Positions 1-6,772 of a stretch of 36,834 nt of DNA are shown here, piece by piece. The stretch is from assembly GCA_030606165.1 (NCBI GenBank), contig JAUWGZ010000003.1:1-36834 (forward strand). Reading direction: 5' to 3'. Made by a program: the position numbers and the translations under genes. The notes below the pieces were generated by a model. The model was not told the DNA's origin. It did not search any database and saw nothing but the letters and a program-made list of their open reading frames with translations. This DNA comes from Dehalococcoidia bacterium. GTDB lineage: Bacteria; Chloroflexota; Dehalococcoidia; GIF9; AB-539-J10. The first letter of the stretch is position 1; every line of letters starts with the position of its first letter.

Positions 1-1
1 A

Positions 2-223
2 TTTCCAGGTTTCGTTAGTGCTGAGCATATCAGAAGCGTGAAAGGCAGTCCTATTGCCGCTCTGTTATACAATTGGGCGGGACTTGAGGATTGGGATATA
101 TGGGAGAGTTCAAAGCTTAGAGAACAGCTACTACACGAGGCAGAGGCACTCTGGGTATCAGAGCCGAGGATAACAGTATATGAGGTAATACCCACATCAG
201 CATGGACAAGTATCATAGGTTAG
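2..223 (+). CDS. 5'-truncated small protein, antibiotic-biosynthesis-monooxygenase (ABM)/dimeric alpha-beta barrel-like
   Basis: Frame is open from base 2 (FPGFVSAEH...YNWAGLEDWDIWESSKLREQL...EPRITVYEV). The PGFxS, WxxxEDW and terminal xxYEV pattern is typical of ABM-fold proteins. Confidence 0.6.
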   Translation, partial: FPGFVSAEHIRSVKGSPIAALLYNWAGLEDWDIWESSKLREQLLHEAEALWVSEPRITVYEVIPTSAWTSIIG

Positions 224-259
224 GTAACCGAAAATCTATGATAGCAAGGATTCTATCCC

Positions 260-288
260 TCGCAGTTGTGGGTGTCAATCACAGCAAG
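260..288 (-). promoter_or_regulatory. Sigma70-type promoter pointing leftward (antisense into the 2..223 gene)
   Basis: Minus strand reads TTGACA-N17-TAGAAT. Confidence 0.5.
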
Positions 289-306
289 GCAGAGCTTTCC
301 AAGCCA

Positions 307-335
307 TTGACTATGCCTGGGTGATACAGTATGCT
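307..335 (+). promoter_or_regulatory. Sigma70-type promoter for the 365..553 ORF
   Basis: TTGACT-N17-TATGCT, followed by SD AGGAGG at 350-355. Confidence 0.55.
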
Positions 336-364
336 TAAGTTGCATAAGCAGGAGGTACAATTAA

Positions 365-553
365 ATGAGCCAGTGGCATTATCATGTAGAAAAATACACC
401 TTTAGAGAGTTAGTAAAACCAGGGTATTTAAATTCTCTTGGAGAAGAGGGCTGGGAACTGGTTGGTTTGAAGAGACTATCAGAAACTCAGAAAGCAACTC
501 AGCAGCAATGGTTGGCAGTGTTTAAGAAGCAGCTTGGGAAAAAAGAAGGGTGA
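365..553 (+). CDS. Small DUF4177-like protein
   Basis: 62 aa with the WxYxV...LNxLGxEGWELV...VFKK pattern; strong SD and promoter upstream. Confidence 0.7.
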   Translation: MSQWHYHVEKYTFRELVKPGYLNSLGEEGWELVGLKRLSETQKATQQQWLAVFKKQLGKKEG

Positions 554-589
554 CCACGATTTCAGTGTTACTGCCTTTCGTGTAGTCCA

Positions 590-634
590 AGGCGTAGGTA
601 GCACCAATGCCCAGGGGCATACCCCCATATCAAT
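590..634 (+). repeat. 45-bp direct repeat, copy 1 (central ATGCCC-AG-GGGCAT palindrome)
   Basis: AGGCGTAGGTAGCACCAATGCCCAGGGGCATACCCCCATATCAAT, 42/45 identical to 2475-2519. Confidence 0.9.
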
Positions 635-1026
635 ATGTGAACATCCAGCTTTGCCTTGTAAACAATCTAGCTTTGAATACCTGCTACTTAGACATCCCTG
701 CTCACAACCTCCGATAAAGCCTCAAGCTATCCTCAAACCTCGCTGACCGAGTGAGTGGTATAATTAGGTTTAGTTGACGAACTGCACCCCTTTGCCTGAT
801 GAGTAGGCTAGCAAGCCTGCTTAGAGAGGTAACATTTTGGCTCATAGTGGTGGCAGTACTTTGGATAAGGGGTTTTTCAGCATGGGTGACGGCGTACTAC
901 ACAGCAAAGGAGGTCTAAAAAAGGATTGAGAAAGGGGTAATCGTGGATTAAAGCATCTACTAACTGAAGAAATCTAATATCGAAGCACAGAACTTGACAA
1001 GAAGTGTGCGTTCAAAGGAGGGATAA

Positions 1027-2337
1027 GTGTTGAATCAGACCAGTCATTGGTACAAATTACAGTACCCCGAGTGTTTCGTTAATGAAGAGCTACGAATGAT
1101 GCAAACCACGCTTGCCGATTTTGTCGACAAGGAGATTATGCCGGTTCGTGATAAGATTGATGATGATGTAACCCACGAAGAAATAATTACTCCCATCCTG
1201 AAGAAATTACAGGTAGGCCTGGGCTACCAGAAAAACAAGATACCCCAAGACTTCGGCGGCAACCAGCAGCTTTCCATGGTCGGGGATGCCCTAATACAGG
1301 AGCAGCTTTCCCGCGCTGACTACGGCATAAGCCTCCACAGCGCCTGCACCGACTGGGGGCTGGTACCAGCTGCCCTTGCCTACTTCTCACCATCGCCAAC
1401 AGGGAAGGCATGGGGAAAAGCAGTGTTCAGGGAATTTGCCCCCAGGTTCACCGGCAATGAGCTAGCCGTTGCCTGCATGAACTTCAGTGAAGAAGACTCC
1501 GCCTGTGATGTTGAGAACCCGCTTAACGAGGGCAGGACGGTAAAGGTGAGGGCAGAGCTTAAGGGCGACGAATGGGTGGTAAACGGTAATAAGTTATGGG
1601 CATCCAATGCCGGCATTGCCGACCTCAACTGTGTGGTCTGCAATATGGACCCGAAGCTGGGAATAGCTGGCTTTGCCCTGGTCTATGTTCCTGAACCGTG
1701 GACAGGGGTCTCCCATGGTAAATTCGAGGTCAAGTGCGGGGCTAACGCTGACAGGAATACTCCCACCTATTTTGACAACGTCAGGGTGCCCAAGGAGTGG
1801 GGAATACAGGGGCCTGAGGCCTGGGCCATTTTCACCAATACCGTGTCTGCCCCCATGTCCCTGAATGCCGCCAACGCCATTGGTACTCTGCAGGGGGCCT
1901 TTGACCTCCTGGTTGAGTATACCGGGCAGAGAGTGGCTGGGGGCAAACCGGTCAACCAGCACCTCCATGCGGCCATGATACTGGGCGAGATGGCAGCGTT
2001 TATATCCGTGGGCAGAGCCGCCGTTCTGGAGCTAGCTCACCAGTATGACCATCAGGATATCTATGGTCCGTGGAACTCGGAAAGCATGATGGCTAAAGGA
2101 CATGCAGTGCACGCCTATATTACCCGCACCGTGCCCGACCTGGTATCAAGGGGCTTAGAACTGATGGGTTCCTTTGGCCTTGTCCGGGAAAACGGTTACG
2201 AGAAGTATTACCGTGATGCCGTAGTGCTGAAAATAGTCCTGGGCGGCTCACACTTGGGTTACTTTGAAACCTGCAAGCAGTTCTATGACCTGGACTACTC
2301 CTCGTTTGGCCTGGGAAAGCTTCACGAGCCAGCTTAA
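1027..2337 (+). CDS. Acyl-CoA dehydrogenase family protein (atypical active site)
   Basis: NFSEEDSACDV (TEPxxGSD-like), WVVNGNKLWASN, GLELMGSFG and EKYYRDA motifs; SD AAGGAGG before the GTG start. Confidence 0.9.
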   Translation: MLNQTSHWYKLQYPECFVNEELRMMQTTLADFVDKEIMPVRDKIDDDVTHEEIITPILKKLQVGLGYQKNKIPQDFGGNQQLSMVGDALIQEQLSRADYGISLHSACTDWGLVPAALAYFSPSPTGKAWGKAVFREFAPRFTGNELAVACMNFSEEDSACDVENPLNEGRTVKVRAELKGDEWVVNGNKLWASNAGIADLNCVVCNMDPKLGIAGFALVYVPEPWTGVSHGKFEVKCGANADRNTPTYFDNVRVPKEWGIQGPEAWAIFTNTVSAPMSLNAANAIGTLQGAFDLLVEYTGQRVAGGKPVNQHLHAAMILGEMAAFISVGRAAVLELAHQYDHQDIYGPWNSESMMAKGHAVHAYITRTVPDLVSRGLELMGSFGLVRENGYEKYYRDAVVLKIVLGGSHLGYFETCKQFYDLDYSSFGLGKLHEPA

Positions 2338-2474
2338 CTCCACTCCCGCCTCTTTAAGTCAGGTCTTAGTGATACCTCGCAAGACCAAGAAGTATCGAGG
2401 AGGAGCTACGAGAGGCCTTAGTCTAGATATTAGCCAAACCTGAGATTTTTATGAGAAGGCAACTTCAGGTGGCT

Positions 2475-2519
2475 AGGCGTAGGTAGCGCCAATGCCCAGG
2501 GGCATACACCCATACCAAT
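2475..2519 (+). repeat. 45-bp direct repeat, copy 2
   Basis: AGGCGTAGGTAGCGCCAATGCCCAGGGGCATACACCCATACCAAT, 42/45 identical to 590-634. Confidence 0.9.
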
Positions 2520-2569
2520 CCTGAGCAAAAACAGCTAAGGACACCAGGCGTTGTGAAATCAGGATCGCC

Positions 2570-2833
2570 TTACTCTTTACCTTCCGTTTCCCTGACGTGT
2601 AAATAAATGCCAACTGCCCAGCCAAGCCAGCAACCCAAGCCGAATATCAAGCTGGCGATTGCCAGTAGAAACCAGGATGTCGAATAAAGCCCGATAACAA
2701 ATTTGCCACTTGCCTCGGCAATAATTCCGACTATAGCGAATGCAACGCCGAGCCAGGTCGCAATACTGCCCATAATTCCCATACGCCCGCGATTGCGCTT
2801 GGTGAATCCAGGTCCCGTCCACATTTCCATCAT
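2570..2833 (-). CDS. Small membrane protein (2 TM), hypothetical
   Basis: Two hydrophobic Gly-rich helices. The ATG at 2833 is preceded by an AAAGGGGGTGA SD; the ORF track starts at the upstream GTG 2842. Confidence 0.65.
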   Translation of the reverse strand: MMEMWTGPGFTKRNRGRMGIMGSIATWLGVAFAIVGIIAEASGKFVIGLYSTSWFLLAIASLIFGLGCWLGWAVGIYLHVRETEGKE

Positions 2834-2858
2834 GGTTATCACCCCCTTTCTTTTGTAT

Positions 2859-3419
2859 TCAGGATTTCGGTAATCCTATCCATCTTGGCGTTCTCTCCAT
2901 GTATTCTCGGTAAGCATCACCGTACTTCTCAAGGCACATTTGCTCCTCCGAGCCTGCATATATGAGGCTAAGAGCTGTATATGCAATGGTTAGCAGCAAG
3001 AAAAGCCACGAAGCTGAGGCTATACCCACCCCGATGAACATTACTAACTGGCTGATGTACATGAGATGTCTGGAGTAGCGGTATAGTCCCGTGGTTATTG
3101 GTTTCTCACCAATCGAGGTAGTAACGAAGGACACTATAACTATGATGTAGGTAACTACGCCGACCAGGGCAATGGGAAGACCTGCGTAAAACCATATCGT
3201 ACCCAGCCGCAGCGGCAGGAAGATAGAGTACACGAAGGCCAAAGCCCAGAGTATCCACTCCATATAGTATACAGCCTTATGAACCCCGCCATACGATTTC
3301 AATGAGTCTTCTACCAAACCTTTATGAACTCTCATAATTATGGGCATGGGCAAGAAATTGATAAGCATGAAAATCCAGGCATTCCAGACACCTATTTCAA
3401 AGACTGGTATAGCTGACAT
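2859..3419 (-). CDS. Isoprenylcysteine carboxyl methyltransferase / PEMT family membrane methyltransferase
   Basis: Multi-TM protein with ITTGLYRYSRHLMY (GxYxxxRHPxY-like) and EEQMCLEKYGDAYREYMERTPRW motifs. Confidence 0.85.
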   Translation of the reverse strand: MSAIPVFEIGVWNAWIFMLINFLPMPIIMRVHKGLVEDSLKSYGGVHKAVYYMEWILWALAFVYSIFLPLRLGTIWFYAGLPIALVGVVTYIIVIVSFVTTSIGEKPITTGLYRYSRHLMYISQLVMFIGVGIASASWLFLLLTIAYTALSLIYAGSEEQMCLEKYGDAYREYMERTPRWIGLPKS

Positions 3420-3472
3420 GATTTACTTCCTTTTTACAACATTTTTGAGGTTAACATATACGTTGGAGACTG

Positions 3473-3501
3473 AGTGTAGTCCTCTGTGATTTTATTGTCA
3501 A
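3473..3501 (-). promoter_or_regulatory. Sigma70-type promoter for the methyltransferase gene
   Basis: Minus strand TTGACA-N17-TACACT. Confidence 0.55.
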
Positions 3502-3642
3502 CAGGCACCTGGTTACCGGCTCAGAGGAATACCACCTTGCAGGACAAGGTAATTCAAATACCAAACCTTGAACCTGAAAAATGATTGAAGAGTTTCGAGA
3601 AATGGGTTACCTGTATCTCCAGAATGGTAATACCATTACCTA

Positions 3643-3718
3643 TGGTGGGCGGTAGAGGACTTGAACCTCTGACCTCCTGTGTGTAAGACAGGCGCTCTCA
3701 CCACTGAGCTAACCGCCC
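3643..3718 (-). tRNA. tRNA-Val(TAC)
   Basis: Cloverleaf GGGCGGT...ACCGCCC-A-CCA; anticodon stem CCTGT/ACAGG, loop CT-TAC-AC. Confidence 0.97.
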
Positions 3719-3719
3719 A

Positions 3720-3796
3720 TGGCACGCCTGGCGGGATTTGAACCCGCGACCTCAGCCTCCGCAGGGCTGCGCTCTATCCAGCTGAGCTACAGGCGC
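3720..3796 (-). tRNA. tRNA-Arg(GCG)
   Basis: GCGCCTG...CAGGCGT-G-CCA; anticodon stem CAGCC/GGCTG, loop CT-GCG-GA; D-loop GGATA (A20). Confidence 0.95.
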
Positions 3797-3813
3797 ATGC
3801 ACACCCATTAAAT

Positions 3814-3899
3814 TGGTGCCGAAGGAGGGATTTGAACCCTCACGTCCTTAAGGACACTACGCCCTGAACGTAGCGCGTCTGCCTTTCCGCCACTTCGGC
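3814..3899 (-). tRNA. tRNA-Leu(CAG)
   Basis: GCCGAAG...CTTCGGC-A-CCA; anticodon loop TT-CAG-GG; long variable arm (GTCCTTAAGGAC). Confidence 0.97.
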
Positions 3900-3913
3900 A
3901 TCTAATCCTCTGT

Positions 3914-4309
3914 CTAAAATTCTCTCTTTCCCAGGGAGACAAAAATAACTGCCAATAACCCCAATAGATTGAGGGGAATAAGGGCACAGATAGCCCCGGC
4001 TAAGGACAGGCCAAAACTTTTCCTTCTTATGGCCGAGATGCCACCTGCTATGGCTATTATACCCAGGACAAGAAGAAGTCCTCCTATAATAATCAACCAA
4101 ATTGGGACGACAGCTATGCTATGTTCAAACCAAGACCAACCGCCTGGAATGCCTGGCAAGAATGAAGAAAGCCACAGCCTGAGCGGTATGCTGAGGCTTA
4201 CTAAAGCCACCATTATCCCTCCACCAATTACCTCAAATGCTCCCACTACTATACTTAAGACTCCGCCAGCGCTAAGTAACCCGCCCCTGTCATTACCATT
4301 ATATGCCAT
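3914..4309 (-). CDS. Hypothetical membrane protein (3-4 TM) inside the tRNA cluster
   Basis: 131 aa, hydrophobic, SD GAGGAGG; lies between tRNA-Val(CAC) and tRNA-Leu on the same strand. Confidence 0.8.
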   Translation of the reverse strand: MAYNGNDRGGLLSAGGVLSIVVGAFEVIGGGIMVALVSLSIPLRLWLSSFLPGIPGGWSWFEHSIAVVPIWLIIIGGLLLVLGIIAIAGGISAIRRKSFGLSLAGAICALIPLNLLGLLAVIFVSLGKREF

Positions 4310-4330
4310 TTCCTTTTCCTCCTCATTTTA

Positions 4331-4406
4331 TGGTGGGCAGTACTGGACTTGAACCAGTGACCTCTTGCGTGTGAAGCAAGCGCTCTAACCGCTGAGCTAA
4401 CCGCCC
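4331..4406 (-). tRNA. tRNA-Val(CAC)
   Basis: GGGCGGT...ACTGCCC-A-CCA; anticodon stem CTTGC/GCAAG, loop TT-CAC-AC. Confidence 0.97.
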
Positions 4407-4790
4407 ATGCTTATTATTTATTAAGATATATTAACTTTACCATACACGCAAGCGGCATCTCAATTCAATCACTACACCTATTTGATAATTCAACTTCCAA
4501 CACCAGAACGGCATTTACTGGATTAGCAATTACATATATCTTCTCTTGCTTCTTCTCTTTCGGTAGCTTGTCGCAAGCGACCACCATCGCCTGTCGCTTT
4601 GCACTACAATGGCCTCAAAGGCACTTCAGAGCCCCTGGAGGCCTTATCAATCACTCCATCCATGGTTTACCCTACCCCCTAGTTCACCCCCAAAACTTCG
4701 TTTTCTCCATTCATGGGACTAAATAATCATGGAGGGGATATTTCATCCTCAGCCGAGCCAGGAGCAGAGGGTAATTATGAAATGCTTAAA

Positions 4791-6197
4791 TCAGTAGCGT
4801 TTAGCTTGCCGTGTAGGCTTTACATTGCCCCGGTAATCGGGAGCGGTGATGTTGAATACCAGGCTTATCATTGGGTCCACCATTCGTGAACTGATTCGTG
4901 TTTCAATCTCGTCTAAAGAGAGACATGTAGTGACCACCATTGGCAACTTGGCATTATAACGGTAGTTTATCAATTGGTATAGCTTCTCCTGAGCCCAGGG
5001 CGTGGCCGATTGTTCCCCGAAGTCATCGAGTATCAGCAATGGAACTTCTTTGATCCTCTCAGAAAACTCGTCGTAGGATATTTTGCTATCCGGACTGAAT
5101 GTAGAACGTAAATGGTCGAGAAGGTCAGGAACAACCACAAAAAAGACTGGTTTTCCCTGCGCCAGCTGAAAATTAGCGATAGCCGCTGCCAGATGAGTTT
5201 TGCCACAACCATTGATACCGTGGAATATCAACCAGCCTTCCGGGGAGCGAGCGAATTCTACTGCTAAGTTGAAAGCCTGGCGCAAGTTTTGCCGCTGTTC
5301 CAGAGGAAGTTCCAGTCTTTTGTGGTCAAAATTATCAAAGGTCATATTCCGTAATAGCTCTAATTTTAAGCCACCCTGGGATTCCAGGGGCGATGCTGGC
5401 TCAATCGTCCATACCTGGCAGAACTCATTATTGGCAAGATGGCCGCGTAAGCGTTCATCCATTCTTTCCAGCGGTATATCGGTGATAATTACCGTGGCCA
5501 GCCTGGCATTGAAGCGATGATGAAGGAGTTGCTCTAGCTTCTCTTTAGCCCAGGTAGTAGCGCTTCCCAGAGTAAGGTCATCAAGCACTAATAGAGGCAC
5601 ATTCTTTACTCGCTCAAACAGCTCGTCATAAGTGGTGTCACTTGTGGGGCTGAAAGCGGAGCGGAGGTGGTCAAGGAGGTCAGCAGCACCGATATAAAAC
5701 ACAGGTTCCCCCAAGCTGAGACGGTGATTAGCGATAGCACAAGCCAGGTGTGTTTTACCAGAGCCGCTGGGACCTAAAAATACCAGCCAACCCTCGGGAT
5801 TATCAGCAAAGACTTTGGCAGCCTGGTAAACCTGAGCAAAGTGCTCCTGAGATTCTTCGCTTCGCTCAGAATGACGGGTAGTCCTTCCTTTAGGAGATAA
5901 ATTGTCAAAGGTAAGCTGCGACAGGGAACCCAAATTGCTGTATTTCTCAAGATACTCTGTTTTTTTCTTTCTCAGCTCCCCCTTACTGCATTGGCAGGGT
6001 ACCACCCGGCTGAAATCAACTTGCCCTGAATCCAGAGCAGGATGAACAAAGCCCGCCCCTTTGCAAACAGGGCAGATTTCACCTGCGCCTTCTTCTATCG
6101 AGGGCAAGGGAGCATTACCTTCTGACCATGTGTCCATATCGGCCCTTGATGTATTTGTCAGGGTCAATCTTCTTAATACGTCTCCTATGTTCTCCAC
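4791..6197 (-). CDS. DnaC/DnaI/IstB-family helicase loader with N-terminal Zn motif and two tandem AAA+ domains
   Basis: CPVC...CQC; Walker A GPSGSGKT and GINGCGKT; Walker B LLVLDDL and LLILDDF; downstream of dnaB and DnaD. Start placed at GTG 6197 (AAGGA SD). Confidence 0.85.
   Translation of the reverse strand: MENIGDVLRRLTLTNTSRADMDTWSEGNAPLPSIEEGAGEICPVCKGAGFVHPALDSGQVDFSRVVPCQCSKGELRKKKTEYLEKYSNLGSLSQLTFDNLSPKGRTTRHSERSEESQEHFAQVYQAAKVFADNPEGWLVFLGPSGSGKTHLACAIANHRLSLGEPVFYIGAADLLDHLRSAFSPTSDTTYDELFERVKNVPLLVLDDLTLGSATTWAKEKLEQLLHHRFNARLATVIITDIPLERMDERLRGHLANNEFCQVWTIEPASPLESQGGLKLELLRNMTFDNFDHKRLELPLEQRQNLRQAFNLAVEFARSPEGWLIFHGINGCGKTHLAAAIANFQLAQGKPVFFVVVPDLLDHLRSTFSPDSKISYDEFSERIKEVPLLILDDFGEQSATPWAQEKLYQLINYRYNAKLPMVVTTCLSLDEIETRISSRMVDPMISLVFNITAPDYRGNVKPTRQAKRY
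5849..5875. repeat. REP-like palindromic element, in frame inside the DnaC-like gene
   Basis: GAGATTCTTCGCTTCGCTCAGAATGAC (27 bp) encodes RHSERSEES on the minus strand; related to 9714-9741 and 29029-29056. Confidence 0.75.
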
Positions 6198-6762
6198 TGT
6201 CCTTACCTTCGCTAGCCCATCTTTCAAGGATGCGGGCGATATATTTCCAACTGCGCTTATTCAGCGTAACTGCTTCCTTAAAGGCTTCTTCAATCCACTG
6301 GGGTGGATAAAGCTTCTCCGCTTCCTTAAGTTCTTCAACAATCAGGGGCGTTATCATGCCGATATTCTGCTCGTAGAGAGCAAAGATGTTGACAGCCTGC
6401 CCGCCAGGGCTTGGCAGGCGGGCCGGCGGCTGATGGCTATCAGCGGTCAGAGAGTAAACATCCTCGAGCACTCCATTTATATTTAAAGTCGAGTGTAATA
6501 GAGCACCGTGCTCTACAGCCGAGTTCAAAGCCTGGCGGAGTGTCTTCTCGCCCATCGTAGCCAATAGTTCATGGGATAGCAATTCCTTATAAGTGACAAA
6601 ATAGGGACGCTCTTGCTTTCGCAGGATAAGATAAGAGACATATAACACTATCTTAAGTTCAGCCAGGTCTTGAATTTTAGGTATCGCCTGGGTAAAGAAA
6701 GAGTCAGGCAAGGAGATAAAATCTGTTTTCCTTTGAGAGCTTGCTAATTGCCGGTTAGGCAT
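6115..6762 (-). CDS. DnaD-domain replication protein
   Basis: C-terminal NIFALYEQNIGMITP...WIEEAFKEAV..NKRSWKYIARILERW (DnaD/DnaB_2 YxxxILxxW motif); adjacent to dnaB. Confidence 0.85.
   Translation of the reverse strand: MPNRQLASSQRKTDFISLPDSFFTQAIPKIQDLAELKIVLYVSYLILRKQERPYFVTYKELLSHELLATMGEKTLRQALNSAVEHGALLHSTLNINGVLEDVYSLTADSHQPPARLPSPGGQAVNIFALYEQNIGMITPLIVEELKEAEKLYPPQWIEEAFKEAVTLNKRSWKYIARILERWASEGKDSGEHRRRIKKIDPDKYIKGRYGHMVRR
6395..6450. repeat. Two adjacent palindromic elements in the DnaD linker
   Basis: GCCTGCCCGCCA-GGGCT-TGGCAGGCGGGC (6395-6423, 10/12 WC pairs) and GCTGAT-GGCT-ATCAGC (6429-6444). Confidence 0.65.
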
Positions 6763-6772
6763 CTTTTCACCC

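Noticed and set aside
534-746. 70-aa ORF
   Set aside because: TTG start overlapping the previous gene, no SD, and it runs through the 45-bp repeat. At most a remnant.
796-830. Hammerhead-ribozyme-like CTGATGA followed by a hairpin (GTAGGCT/AGCCTGC)
   Set aside because: The required GAAA after stem II is absent (TTAG), and no stems I/III are evident.
3581-3655. 24-aa ORF ending ...TYGGR inside the tRNA-Val 3' end, reminiscent of recombinase C-termini overlapping tRNAs
   Set aside because: Too short, with an in-frame stop just upstream and no recognisable recombinase motif.
4791-6197. IS21 element (IstB-like ATPase)
   Set aside because: No IstA transposase or terminal repeats; the gene is in an operon with dnaB and DnaD.
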